Assembly (NCBI RefSeq): GCF_001194135.2
Contig: NC_068990.1
Span: 64,393,454-64,457,453, forward strand
Length of the DNA: 64,000 nucleotides
Reading direction: 5' to 3'
Source of the DNA: Octopus bimaculoides
Lineage: Eukaryota
Shown: positions 13,412 through 26,516 of the stretch, in pieces
Layout of the letters: the number at the start of each line of letters is the position of its first letter
How positions within the stretch are numbered: position 1 is the first letter of the stretch
Program-made: the position numbers and the translations under genes
Notes under the pieces: model-generated
Told to the model about the DNA's origin: nothing
Seen by the model: only the letters and a program-made list of their open reading frames with translations
Databases searched by the model: none

Positions 13412-13600
13412 ATGCCAGACCCCAACATCCGTAGAAGGAAGCACTGCAGAAATATCATTTGGTTTGTCCCTAAGTTAATAGATAAACATTTCACAAGTTC
13501 ACATAGGTACAGACGCATTTTCAACAGGCACAACCTTAAGGTCTCATTTAGCTGTGTCGCCAATGTTAAGAGCATTCTTGTTAGCATCCCTAGACCATGA
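13412..13600 (+). mobile_element. Penelope-like element fragment (region C-terminal of the RT)
   Basis: RRRKHCRNIIWFVPKLIDKHFTSSHRYRRIFNRHNLKVSFSCVANVKSIL resembles the Penelope-like motif RNIIWFNPP...LIDKHFP..H.L.KIFNR.N.KVSYSC.PN, recalled from memory. It appears to have an internal deletion after WFxP. Confidence 0.7.
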
Positions 13601-13689
13601 GAGAAGGTAGGATGCTCTTGCAGGGACCACAACAGATGCCCAGTGAGAGGCCACTGAGAAACCAAGGGAGTCGTCTATGAAGCTGAGGT

Positions 13690-14072
13690 ACTGTGTGACC
13701 CCTAACAGCAGCAGCAACATCAGCAGCTCCCCTAACGGCTACCACAGTAGCAAAGACGTCAGTACCAATAGTAACAGCAGCAGAAGTGCAAACAGAACCA
13801 TTGCCAGCAATAACAACATCGACAGCAATGGCAGTATCCCTAACGACAGCAGCAACATCAGCAGCAGCTTCCCTAACAGCTACAGTAGCAGGATCGACAG
13901 TTCCAATAGCAGCAGTGGCAGTGGCAGTGGCAACGCCAGCGATTACAACTATAACAGCAATGACAGCATCCCTAACAGAAATAACAGCAGAGCCATCTCC
14001 AGTGACATCTATAGGAGAAATGATAGCATTTCCATCAATGACAATGGCCATAATAACAACAGCACCTTTACC
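13690..14072. repeat. Degenerate (CAG/CAA/AAC)-rich tract with ~135-bp internal periodicity
   Basis: ccctaac...agcagcaacatcagcagc recurs near 13700 and 13839, and partially near 13970. Confidence 0.75.
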
Positions 14073-14073
14073 A

Positions 14074-14690
14074 CATGGTTGTGTGGTAAGGAATTTGTTT
14101 TCCAACCACATGGTTCCAGGTTCAGTGCTACTATCTGGCACCTTGGGTAAATATCTTCTACTTTAACCTTGAGCTGACCAAGGCTTTGTGAGTGGATTTG
14201 GTAGACGGAACCTGAAAGAAGCCCATTGTATGTATATATATAAATTTAATTACGCCAAGGAACTATAATCCTTTAAGGGATGTTTGTAGCCTACTTCTCC
14301 GGTTTTTACCAGTGTTCAGTGAAAAACTAAATATGTTAGTTTTTCATTGATGGATATGGGTATTTGAATTATTTATGAATGAGAAGAAGAAGAAAATGGA
14401 GAAATACGCACACACACATATACACACACACACATATATACACACACACATTTCTATATATATATGAATGTATGTATGTGTTTGTGTCTGTATTTATTTC
14501 CCACTACTGATTGATAACTGATGTTGGCATGTTTATGTTACTCTAACATAGCAGTTTGGCAAAAGAGAGTGATAGAATACATGTCAGGATTAATAATAAG
14601 TACTAGGGTCGATTCATTCAATTAAAATTCTTCAAGACAGTGCTCCAGCATGGCTGCAGTCTAATGACTGAAACAAGTAAAAGTGCGAAA
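14074..14690 (+). mobile_element. Family-1 SINE, near full length, interrupted by an expanded internal microsatellite/insert
   Basis: Head ccaaccacatggttccaggttcagtg...ggcaccttggg at 14100-14150. Tail gtgctccagcatggctgcagtctaatgactgaaacaagtaaaag at 14640-14683. Confidence 0.8.
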
Positions 14691-14783
14691 GAGTAAAGTG
14701 AATCTTCACACCATGTTCAATCCCTCTCCATTTTTGGTGAAAGGGACACTGTGAGAGGTCTTTCATGGCCTTTTCCTTGTTAG

Positions 14784-14843
14784 GTGCAATATTATTGTTT
14801 CTAAGAGGGAGGAAAAGGAAAAGTGTTGACATATATTGTCAAG
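14784..14843 (+). CDS. Weak candidate exon (G)AILLFLRGRKRKSVDIYCQ (phase 1 to 1)
   Basis: Good acceptor ccttttccttgttag| and donor CAAG|gtatgt, 60 nt and symmetric. I found no phase-compatible partner exon, so it may be chance. Confidence 0.25.
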
Positions 14844-16082
14844 GTATGTACGTATGTATGTGTTGTCCATTTGCCAAAGCATGTCAAACTTGTATATGTG
14901 TCAGTGTGTCAGGTTTGTGTGTATGGCTTGTGTTGACGTGTCATCTAAAGTTCAGATTTATGTGTCCATCTGTTGATGTGCATAGATCTCAGATGTGTGT
15001 AAGTATTGGATACATCAGCTAGTGTCCATGCATGTATTGATTGTACATATGTTGGTATGTGTGATCATCGTTATGTAATATATTAATGATTAACTACCAA
15101 GTAGCCCAATAGAAGAAAATACTTTCTGGTTGGACAGCAACAATGTTGCTTAGCAAATATACTTGTTGTTTCTTGTTCAGTAATGGCTATATTATAGCTT
15201 TCTTTAACTGTTTGTTCTTGAGTTCTCTGTAATTGGAACTGGGTATGTGTTGGGTAACTCAATATTGTTATGTGTATTTGATTCGTCTTTTCTGAATTGG
15301 AGAAATAATTTTTGTGCTTTCTTGTATGTTTATTGATTTTGGCATTGACGCAATCTGGTGAGCTTTGGTGGCTGGGTGTTGTGACATAGTTTCGATGCAA
15401 GTAGTGATTACTGTTTAGACAGTGGTGGTTGTCATGGTGATATTTGTTGTAGTGGACATGATTGTTTTCTGCATTAGTTTTGTTGTTCTTTATGTACCAC
15501 TATTTCATTGAGGGGAAAAGGTTTACTTTGTAGATAAGGTCTCATCTACAAAGTTTTTTGTTTTCTTATGGAGCAAGGGGAAATGAAACCATTTAATTAC
15601 ATGTAGTGTAAACTGTTCAGTTGCACTGTGTGTGTGAAGTTTGTTGGTCTGAATATATATGGAACTTAATTAGTATTGTTTTCTGGATATATATATGGAA
15701 CTTAATTAGTATTGTTTTCTGAATATATTTAGTCTTTTGTGAGTGTATCAGTTTTATAGTTGGATATGTCAAGATGATAATTTGATATTTGTAACCTAAT
15801 ATATAAATCTATCCATTTGTGTGTGTGGGCATTTGAGTATAGGCATGTTGTTTAGCTTTAGATCAGTTCTGATTGAGCAGAATTTACCCAATTTGAGTTT
15901 ATTTATTTTAAAGACAGTAGAATGTGATTTCAAGAATATTTAGCTGCTTGTTGTAGCAAGTTGAGTGACCATGTGAAAACCTTCTTAGTGGTATGTCCAA
16001 TTGTGTGTACAGTGTTGACTTTTTAAAAAAGGGGTAATGTACTCAAAATATTTTGTCATTCAAAATTTATAGTTTTATAGAT

Positions 16083-16118
<36 letters not shown>

Positions 16119-16390
16119 ACACACACACACATGCACATCATACATATATTGTGATGTATGACAAGATGGTAATGGAGCAAGAGGATTGCAATGGATGAGT
16201 AGTACTCAAGAAAACCTGCCCCCCCCCCCTCCAGCTATGCTAGTAGGGTAGGACTGAAGTTCAAAAAGTATAATGTGCATGCTCACACATTGAACCAAAC
16301 ATCTTAGCAAATGGCACTAAATGAGAGGATGTAGACATATTTTCCTTTATGTCTTGAAGCATATTACCAAAAGACGAATCTTTGCCTGAG

Positions 16391-17150
16391 GAAATTCCCT
16401 TTTGAATCCAAAATGCTTGTTTGGCATTTGGAAAGTTAGTGTGGTCAGATCATGGCATCACAATTTGAGTTAAAGTCAGTGTCTATAAAACTCATGTTCT
16501 AACTATCCTTAAGTATTTGTTTTATGATGTGAACACTGTACCATTACACCTCATGATACTTGAGGTATTTTAACAGAAATATCTGAAGTGCATACTCAGA
16601 ATCTAGGGGCAGTCTCTACCACCAAACACTTTAAAGGGTTATGTGTCTCGGCAGTCAGATATGCTGAGCAGGGCATTTTGTGAGAATGGGAAGTGAATGT
16701 CTTTTGAAACAACTTTTCTATGATGAACTGGAAATTGGAAAATCAAAAAAGAAAAAGAAAAAGAAAGATAGCTTGTATTAATCACAGCCTAAAAGAAATC
16801 TTGGAATAAATGTGAATGACCAGGAAGAGCTGACAGTGAATATAAATAACTGTAGGCCTTCTGTTAATAAAGGCCTCAACATGTTTGAGGAAAAGAAGAT
16901 TAAACATGCTGACCTGAAATATGTCTTATGTAAAGACTCCATTATAAATCTTCCTGATAATCTGGATAATTGGAAACATGATACTTATAGATGTTCTTTT
17001 GAAAGCAGGCTTTATTAATCATGTATTGACTAGAACAATCTTTGGATGCCAACATCTTACCTCCATATCTACAATACACTACTTTTACAGTGTATGATAA
17101 AGTGGGCAAATCCAAACTTGGACTATGAAGACATATGTACAATAATGTCA
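16391..17150 (+). mobile_element. Decayed RTE-clade LINE, 3' part of the ORF
   Basis: Translates to EIPF*IQNACLAFGKLVWSDHGITI*VKVSVYKTHVLTIL, then KQLFYDELEIGKSKKK, NCRPSVNKGLNMFEEKKIKHA and a CCHH-like remnant DKVGKSKLGL*RHM. These match the RTE/BovB-type C-terminus. Multiple stops. Confidence 0.8.
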
Positions 17151-17619
17151 TCCCAAAGATGTGCATAATCATTCCTGTTGAGATGCTTTGCTATATTCAT
17201 CATATTTGCACTATACCTTGTAAATCATCATTATATTGTAAGTGTTGGATCTTTAGCTAGATTGTAAAAAAAAAAAAATAGCTTTACAGGTAATGTTTCA
17301 CTTAAGTAGTCTTCTAGAGAGTGTAGGCAATGCTTTCTTGCATTGTTTAAAGTTTACATGATATCTGAAAAATAAAAACAAGCACATTTATAATTCTCAT
17401 CTTCATTTACTGTAATTTATTTGCCAGAAAGAGACATCAAAAGCGAATGTAATTTGCTAAACATTAACATACTACTTATGAAAAGTTGAAACATTTATTC
17501 AATCAGCTTATTGTAGATTTAATTAAACTTATTCACTTGTTGAGTGGAATGCTATCCATCACCTTCTCTTGTATGTATGATTGATTGATTGATTGATTGA
17601 TAGAAAGATAGATAGATAA

Positions 17620-17651
<32 letters not shown>

Positions 17652-18308
17652 TTATTCTGCATTGGTAGACTTGTAATGTCTTAGGTTTGCATTTGTCTTT
17701 GCTGTAGGATTTCTGTATTGTTTAAGTCTGCTTGGATACAGGTTTGTTATATTAAAAACGATTGCTTTGCAATTAAATGATTCTGAGTTCAATCCTATTA
17801 TGCAGCACCATATACAAATCTTTCCTACCAAAACCACAGGTTAGCCCATGTTTTGTGAGTAACATTGTGTAGAAAGTTTGTGATCAATTGTTTCTCTTTT
17901 CTTTTCCCCACAAGTCTCAGTAATGCTTTTAACATTTACTTGCAATTGTAGTAAACTCCTAATAAAAGACCTTATTTTTCCCTTCATTAAATGACTTATT
18001 GTTAGAATACTTTCATATCTATTTACAATAATTCTGACACAACTTATCTGTAAATGAAGATCCTAGGAGAGCAGTTATTTTTCACATAATGAACAGTTTC
18101 TGCAAATGATTTGGTATCAATTAATAGCAAAATTCCTATCTCTAATATTGACATTCTTACACTTCAACACATAAACTGCAATGAGTACTCTCTAGCCATT
18201 TATATGATTCACAAGCCATGGAATCCTTCACACAGATGATTCATACAACTAAGAATCATTTTTAAGATTCTGTTTGATCTTCTGTTGGATGTGAAATTTC
18301 CTCTATAG

Positions 18309-18411
18309 AAAAAAGAAGTGTTGGATATGGACGCTTTGGACTTCTCTTGGTGCTTTAAGCACCAACCTCTCAGCTTGAAGTGGCAAAAGGACAATTTCCT
18401 GCTTGGAAACA
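18309..18411 (+). CDS. Candidate internal exon KKEVLDMDALDFSWCFKHQPLSLKWQKDNFLLGN (phase 0 to 1)
   Basis: Acceptor tttcctctatag|, donor AACA|gtgagg, open for 103 nt. Phase-compatible with 11241-11316 upstream and 41914 downstream. Confidence 0.3.
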
Positions 18412-20899
18412 GTGAGGAAATAAGTCAAGTGCTATTCTCATGATAATTCATACAATCTAATGCTGTTTATGGTACAACATTGTAACATTTGTATCAGCTC
18501 ATTTACTGCTCAACTTTTATTGATATTGTTGTGTGATCTGTGTCGATAAACACATAAGCTGACATTGAAGTGTATATTTCATTCCAATAACCTGTTCTGG
18601 TTAAGCTTTGTGATACCAACACACATAAGACCTCTGTTGGATTCCTTGACACAAAACCTGCTGTTAACAGTTTAAGAACCTATCTGACAATTATATTCTA
18701 AATATCAGCTTAAAAAAAAAAAAGGATTATTTTTACCAAATTTCTCCAAATTTTTGACATAAAAAGAACTGTGTGTTTGTAGTGGATGTTCTATCTGATG
18801 AATTTTGGAGTATTATTTTTCCACATGTGATTAATTTTGAAAGATCACTCTTTTTGTGATGTGTCTACCGTATTTAGAATTTAAATCTTGGGATTTAAAA
18901 TCTGATTGGTGTTTGTTTGTATTTGCTCAGTTGTTGGATTATTAGCAAGAAGTTCTTATTTGCCTGTCTTAAATAGTGGCCTCTGCTTAAATTCTGTTTT
19001 GTTCTTCTCCTCCCTCACTCCAAAGCAACCTGCTGGAATTATTACTTCAAAGCTACATAAAATATTACTTCACTTGAAGACCTGTAGAGAATACTCATAA
19101 ATTTGGATTATCTTTTATAAAAGAATTTTCCTTCTATGAAAATGTGGTTTAGAAGATTTTTCTCTAAGTTGATGATTATCAAATCTATGTTTTCAAATTT
19201 TTGACTTTTGTTCTTATTTGATTTATTTAACATATTCTTGCCATAATGGCTTTTTTTTCTCTCTATAATAGTAGCCTTAACGGGTTATTGTTTTAGTTGA
19301 CTTCTTAGAAGAAAACAGTTTTAGCAAGCCTAGCTCATACATCTCAGTTGTTTCTGTTAAATTTATTCTCTTAAATTCTTAGATCATTGTATTCTTTTCA
19401 AAGTGTTTTCCACCACACCTTGTCATGACTGATTATGTGGCCCATGGGCTAGATTTATCATTGGAGTAAAATTTGTGACAGTAGGATTTTTTTATTACTG
19501 TATTCTTTTGAAAAACCAATAAGTGATTTCAAGTAAATGTAATACATTTAATAAGACTATTTGGTTTTGTTCATGGTTCACTACTGTAAAATATCTTCCA
19601 GGCAGCACACCAAATCTATTACAACATTCCCATGACAGTTTACTTGTCCTGTTGTGTTCATTGTGTAAATATTGGCATACAAGTGACCAATGGCTAAACA
19701 CTAATATTTCAGCAGCAAATAGCATATGCAAGGATTTTAATATTTTTGGAAGAAAAAACCTTATTGGTTAGTTTAGAATCATAACAGTATCACATCTTAA
19801 TTATTATATCTAACACCATTGTATTTTAATGTGTATATTAGTCTGGCCTATGTAATATAATCTTATTTGGAAAATAAGCAACGTATAATCATGCAAATGG
19901 CTCTACTTAACAATATAATTGTATAATATCTTGTAAAATTGACGGAAAGCTTATGTGTAACAGTGTTCCTATTGATGTATTGTACTATATCAATGGACAA
20001 GGCTATTTAAGACTTAATACTGTTTGTTAGGGTGTATATAAATATAAACAATCCAAGTTTCAATTAAGTATTAATTAGCTTACAAAGGTGGCTGATTATA
20101 AATATGATAAATTGAAGTCATTAATGACAAAACAATATCCAAATTCAATAAATAGTGGTGAAAGTAATGCTGGTGTAATATTTAATAGTGTTAACCATGA
20201 TCTTGTCACTTCTCATTGTCGTAAAATATTACATCCTTATTGCTTAGCAAAATATTAAACAATTATTATTACGTCTATGATAATTTGCTTTTTCCCTCTG
20301 ATTCATCAATTTAATGTTTCTTTTGTGATATTTATTTAGATTGGACAAGCGAGCAATCATAATGTACAGCTACCTTCGAACTTCATTATATTCCAATCAT
20401 TAAGCATAAATAAATAAGAACTAAATGATGCAATTACTCATCCACACATATATGTTGAAAGAGCTAATGTTGGTTTTTCTTTTCTTTCTCTCATTGTAGA
20501 AGTGAGAGGTTATTTCACTTTGGTAGACAGCTTGGAAGGGAATATTGTTTTTTTGTGGGAACACATTGAGAAGTTATGAGGAAGGAAATTTACATCTGCA
20601 AAATTTTAATATTATAAGCAACATATTACTTTCATTTGGTATGGCTGTCTGTACTCATGTGTACACACATATAAATATACATGAATATAGAAATACACAA
20701 ACATGCAGATACATGCATGCCTCTGCATATATATTATGTGTGACAGATATGAGTGTGAATGTATATATGTTTACATGTACTGGGTTTGATGTTGTGTGTG
20801 TAGACCTTAGCCCCACTGACCATAGAAGACATTAATACCTTATGAGTGGAAATTGGTTGGTGGAAGCCTTTATATCTGTCTGTTTGGCCGTCATTTATT

Positions 20900-21200
20900 C
20901 AATCAATCAATTGTTCCTTAGCATTCTCACCATTTTACTTCTGTTTTCCATTCTGATATGGACTAAATGATTCAACAGTATCTAACATGTCAGAGGATCA
21001 CATATTGCTCCAATTCCATTGCCTAAGTTTTGATTTGGTTTCTATGGCTGGGTGCTCTTCCTGACATCAACCATTTACTATGTACTGTTTTTTTTGTGTG
21101 TCACTAGTACAACAGAGGCTGTCTCGCCCTGAGTAAGACTAACAAATCTTCTCATTCTTGTGTTGTCCCTACTTGATTTATCAATACCACTACAGAGTTG
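20900..21200 (-). mobile_element. Decayed family-2 element
   Basis: cattttacttctgttttccattctgatatggac...tggtttctatggctgggtgctcttcctgacatcaacc matches the family-2 reverse complement seen at 29207. Confidence 0.6.
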
Positions 21201-21212
21201 TAGCAGGCTTCT

Positions 21213-21908
21213 TGTGATGTGTCATATCAATTCGATACAACATGGCCCATTTCTAAATGTAGCGTATAGATGATGTAACGCTTCAAGGTTCTCGTGAGTA
21301 ACCAGTGAACATCAAAGAATTAACTCCAAGATGGAAGAAATGTTATTTACATTATTTATTCGTTTACCCAACAGGTTGTTACAGAGACAGTAGCAATTCT
21401 AGTGATAGTGACGACAAGGATGACTTGCTGGTTAGTAGTTGATATGTAGAAAAAGGTTGTCTTTCAGTAGAGAGGGAAAGAGTAAGGTAGTCATGGTGCT
21501 GACTAGAAGGGAAGAAAGGATAAAGGCGACATTGCCTTTCTTATGGCCAAAAGCCTCTCTTAGCGTGTCTAGCGAAGGGTGAAAGGAAGTACTACTCTTG
21601 GTTAAGGCTGATGCAAAAGTGGGTGTTGCTCTTGGTCTGGCTGACACAAAAGAGCCGGTGTTGCTCCTTGGTCATAACTGACACATAAGAGGAAGAGATA
21701 GAAAATTCTCTCTGTTATATAGGATATGGTCAGTAATGCAGGCAAACCTTAAACAAAGGCTGACCTTTCCTTGACCAGTACAGGTCCTAGGGGGTGGAGT
21801 GTTTCCTCATCAATCATTTAGTGTGGAGGATTTCCCATTCATTTTGACAAGCAACAAGCCGGTGGATTTGGTTTCAAATCTCAAGCAGGGTCATGCTAGA
21901 CCCCCACA
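21213..21908 (-). mobile_element. Candidate solo LTR (696 bp)
   Basis: Termini TGTG...CACA, with 5-bp flanks cttct and tttct (one mismatch). On the minus strand there is TATATAA at 21715-21721 and, downstream of it, AATAAA at 21355-21360. Internal ~33-bp tandem duplication at ~21622-21690. Confidence 0.6.
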
Positions 21909-22749
21909 TTTCTCCCCTGCTAGTGAGTTTCTAAAGAGTGCATTCATACAAAAATGCATTTAAAGACAAGGTGAAAATAACGTTCAATTGTGAAAAGTAT
22001 TTTCTTGTTGGGGATCTTAGAAGTTATTTCATGTTAAAGTTGTCGTATTTGGGTAATTTTAACCAATCAATGATGTGTATTCATGAAGAAAATTACTGCT
22101 GCTGTTTGCGAACAACAGTTTTCAGGTCCATTGATAAAATGATGAGTCTTCGACAACAGAAAAATTTTAACTGAAAATCTGTCTTCATCCGAACTGTCAA
22201 TGGTTTGGGTAAATTAGTTTGACACTGCAAATGTTATGCATGTTTTGACAGTCACATTGACAGATATATAGTTTTTGAAATAGCCAGATTTGATATGTAG
22301 TGTCTTCATTGTGCCAATTTCATCAAGGTAAATTGTTAAGATATTCTAAATCACAGAGCGAGCAGATACGCTGATTACCTCATGCAGTCACTTCTAAACT
22401 GTCCTATACTTATGAAATACAGCTGTTGGCACTCAAGGAAATCACAACCTACTGCTTTCATTAGATATGGAAATCCTTGTGGTACATTGTGTCTGAAAAA
22501 ATAGATGGCTGATCAAGGCTGGAACTTGTTTAGTATAGGTCTGCTTCGTTTAGTTTGACCTAGAGTTAAACAAAAACAACAGTGATAAGTACTGGCATTA
22601 ATTTGACAATATCTATAGAATTAGTAAATCCTTCTTTAGTTCATCATGTGCGTGTGCACACACAATAAAAAACTTACATAAACATATATTATCATCATTT
22701 AACATCTGCTTTCCATGATGGCATGGGTTGGAAATGTGCATATGTATGT

Positions 22750-22913
22750 GATGTGTGTTGGTGTAGCTGCATGTTTAAGAAGTTTACTTCAAAACCATAT
22801 GGTTTGGGGTTCAGTTCCTCTGCATGGTACCTTGAGCAAGTATTTTCTTCTTTAGCTCTGGACCAAGCAAAGCCTTGTAAGTAGATTTGGTAGATGGAAA
22901 CTGAAAGAAGCCC

Positions 22914-22994
<81 letters not shown>

Positions 22995-23010
22995 GTATGT
23001 ATACATACAC
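22750..23010 (+). mobile_element. Family-1 SINE 5' half ending in a long (TA)n
   Basis: ggttcagttcctctgcatggtaccttgagcaagt...gatttggtagatggaaactgaaagaagccc followed by ~65 bp of (AT)n. Confidence 0.7.
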
Positions 23011-23089
23011 ACACGTGTGTGTCCTTGACTTGATGTTGCACAATAACACCAGTGTCACTGGTGTTATTTATTTCCTATCTGCTATGAAT

Positions 23090-23240
23090 GCATGTTTAGT
23101 TATGGGGAAATATTACTTAGCTTGGAAACAGATATGGTTTAGCTTCAGGAAGAGTATCCAGCTGTAGAAATTTGCCTCAATAAATTCTGTCTAACCCATG
23201 CAAGCTTGGAACAGTGGATGTTAAAACAATGATGATGATG
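23090..23240 (+). mobile_element. Family-2 element 3' end
   Basis: aggaagagtatccagctgtagaaa...ctaacccatgcaagcttggaacagtggatgttaaaacaatgatgatgatga. Confidence 0.7.
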
Positions 23241-23429
23241 ACAATAACAGCACTGCAGTGGATGGTATACACATACTGTTGATTGAGATGAAGTATATAA
23301 TAAAATCATTAAGCTTAGACTAGTTGTAGGCAACACAGCAACAACAGTGATATCTGCATGCACATGTCCCATCAACATAACTGATAAACAAATAAATTAG
23401 CCATTTCTATATAGCTCTTTTGCAGATTG

Positions 23430-24680
23430 TTTTGATAATAGATGACAGTGACCTTGACATTATGACTGGTGACTGTAACAGATCTGTTGTGTAACACCAT
23501 GATGGTTATTACTCTGATGTACATGGAGGCTATGTGTATAGTTTAAGGATTGAAAAGAGACCAAGGCTTGAGTTGTGTGATGCAAATGACCTAACCACAT
23601 GTAATGCTAACTTCAGGAAACTGATCAGCCATTTGCTCATCTGCCATTCAGATGAGCACATAAGCCAGATAGACTTCATATTCATCAAAAAGTGAGAAAG
23701 ACCACTGGTTGTGAATATTTAGTCTTAGCGAAAATGTATGATTCAAAATAGACTAGTAATTAGCAACATCCTGGTTAGAGTTGACAGATTCTAAGTGCCA
23801 AGACAATCTGGAGAAGAAAGGTTTAGAAGCTGAAAGATCCCTTGGCCATACATGAGGTCAAAGAAACTGTAGGTGACACCTATGATTCAAAGGAGGAAAC
23901 AACTGGGTGATTTTGTTAGACGACCTACTGCCAGTATTAACCAAGTGGAATGTGACAGTGATAAGACTATTACAGTAAATAAAGTCATTACATCTAAGCA
24001 ACAGGCCTGGAATAAATGGAAGAATGTGAGAAAGCAAAGAACAATGTTAGGTAGCTAGAAGAGAAGTTTGTTGTTGGATACATGTAGTGCAGAGAGTTGC
24101 TGGAAGAAAGAGGTTTGCCAATGTTTTGTGATGAGAGGTGTGGGGTGTCCTGAATTACAAAGCAGCATGGTAATCTAAATCAAGATTCCGCTTGTGAAAA
24201 GTGTGCATGGAATGACAGCAGTGCACTTGCCATCTCTAATACTCAGCAGACATGAAAATGCTTCTGTGTGAGGTTCTTGAATGAAGATGTATGAGAGGGT
24301 GGTGGGGCTGCCTTAATTAGACTCAACAAAAGACAAGCTAGCCAAATTGGCAGTTGTACAGTCAATAGGGCAATTAAGGATACAAAAGTTGCTGCATTAT
24401 CAGAGACGGTTGCTGATATACCAAAAATATCTGGCAAAATAGGACATGTGTTAGTCACTCACAGTCAACTAGATAGTAAAGGGTGGTATTACCCCTAGTA
24501 TCTGGCATAACTGCATCATCATTGAGTCTTACAAAAGCAATAGAGAAGTGATAGTAAGAAGCATGAAACTGATGAGCCGAATGCACCAAATTGATGAAGC
24601 AAGTTATGAAAATAACTGAAGGAGTGTTAGCATGACTGATTAAGAAAATTTAGATCAGATGTAATTCAGGTTTGTGAATT
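23430..24680 (+). mobile_element. Decayed RTE-clade LINE (end of APE endonuclease into start of RT)
   Basis: 23522-23695 reads HGGYVYSLRIEKRPRLELCDANDLTTCNANFRKLISHLLICHSDEHISQIDFIF, matching APE motifs (...LLEFCxxNxL.I.NT.F.K....T......SQIDYIL). A remnant of the RT-upstream QFGF motif is near 24650-24675. Many stops and frameshifts. Confidence 0.8.
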
Positions 24681-25844
24681 GATGGCACATTTGTTTAGAT
24701 TGTTTAGAAATAAAGGTTTTAAGACCATGTACTTATTTAAGTTTAAAAAAAGACACTCATAAAAATGAAGTTAAAATAGACTGGAAAATTTGAAGATATG
24801 TAATCAACCCTAATTGTAGAAATAAGTAGTAACTGTAACAACTTATGTATTTTACTGTCAAAAATGGCTCCTATCCTATTCATCTGATAGTTTTCAGTTT
24901 CAATTTCTGCTTAAAAGTCATTGCTATGACATCACTAATGTTTTTCGAAAAGATATGAATGTTACATCATGTTTTCACTTCATTACAAATATAAATTTAA
25001 AATTTGATGTTTATATCAGAATCAATTACATTCTCATATCACAGATTATGCTCTTGACTGGTCATGATGCTATTCCATTGGCTGTTCTTAAATTGTTGCA
25101 CACATTTTGCTTAGCCTTTGGTCCATGTGTAGGAGTTGGTTGTATCTGTTACATTTGCTAATGTGTGTGTGTTTGTGTACATGTGTGTTTGCAGTTGTCT
25201 GGCAGTGGGCATGCTGTCAAAATATCTTATTACTTCAGTGATGCATTAAATGTAGTCTATTAAATTTTATGATTTTCTCAATATTTCCTTCTTGGAAACG
25301 TGGAGAGAGTGAGAGAGGGGAAATAGAAAGATAGATAGATAGAGAGAGATTGTTAGAATGCATTATTGTAGCTGTTGGTGGTGATGATTGTTGTTTCAGG
25401 CATTAGTAAATGGGGCGTAGTGATAAATAGAGCTAATTAGCTCACCAGTATCTTAATTGGTAACAATTATCACCTATTCACTTTTTCTTGCCTTATCTGA
25501 GCTCCTCTTCCCATTTCACTCCTCCTTTCACTATCCCCTTTATCATATCCATCACTGTTTCATTTCCCTCACTGCTTTTCACTCACCACCTTCCCTTTCT
25601 TTCTCACATTTTTTACAGTTTCACTGCATGGTGACATTACTAACTCTTTATCATTATTATTTCTTTTTAACTTTTACTCTTCCTATCTCAATCCTCTTTG
25701 ATCTGTTGTGCATCATTCAAGCCAAAGAGACAATGGCCAATTAAATCACTGATTGTATGTGCTGTGACATGATAGATGAGGAAATAAAACCATCTTCTAT
25801 TATACACTAAGTCATGACAACCATCACTCTTCATCTTTTCTTTC

Positions 25845-25932
25845 TTCATCGTTTAACGTCCGCTTTCCATGCTAGCATGGGTTGGACGATTTGACTGAGG
25901 ACTGGTGAAACCAGATGGCTGCACCAGGCTCC
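25845..25932 (-). mobile_element. Young 5'-truncated family-2 element
   Basis: catcgtttaacgtccgctttccatgctagcatgggttggacgatttgactgaggactggtgaaacc is almost identical to the reverse complement of 4075-4150. Confidence 0.8.
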
Positions 25933-26516
25933 CTGTATGTTTAAATCTCTCTTTCACATTCACAAGTCTTCTGCATTCTAACAGCTATTTGGTCTTGTGA
26001 GTGGTTCTTCATACAATGGCCAGGAAGATGTGATGTACTAAATGACTTATTAACTAATTCATAATGAATTGAAATTTGACCCCTAGTTGGAGAAATAAAC
26101 AAAACCCTAAAAGTAATTGTGAGTGTTGAAGAAGAAGGTAGATAATTTTAAGAAATTGAGAATTTATTTCACAAAATAATTTTCATGCTTAAGAGAAAAT
26201 CTGATTTTTGTTGACAGGAATAGTGATAGATACAAACATGATTCAGTGCAATCAAACAACATCAATAAAGCACGGTCATCTCAAACCTGTAAATAAATAT
26301 CACAGCAATGTCTCTTACCCATTCCAAGAATGCCTATAACATTGCTAGATATTATTCTTTCTTGTGCTGCTGCTCAAAAGGACATGGTGCTGGTGGTTGT
26401 TTCTTCTTGTGTTACTGCCCAGAAGGATCTTATTTCCCTTCACCAGTTGCAATATTGTTCCTTTCTCTTACCATTTTTCTTTTTCCTTTTTGTAAGTGAA
26501 TTTTTGTAATTGTAGA

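Noticed and set aside
15181-15242. Strong acceptor and donor pair
   Set aside because: Stop codons in all three frames.
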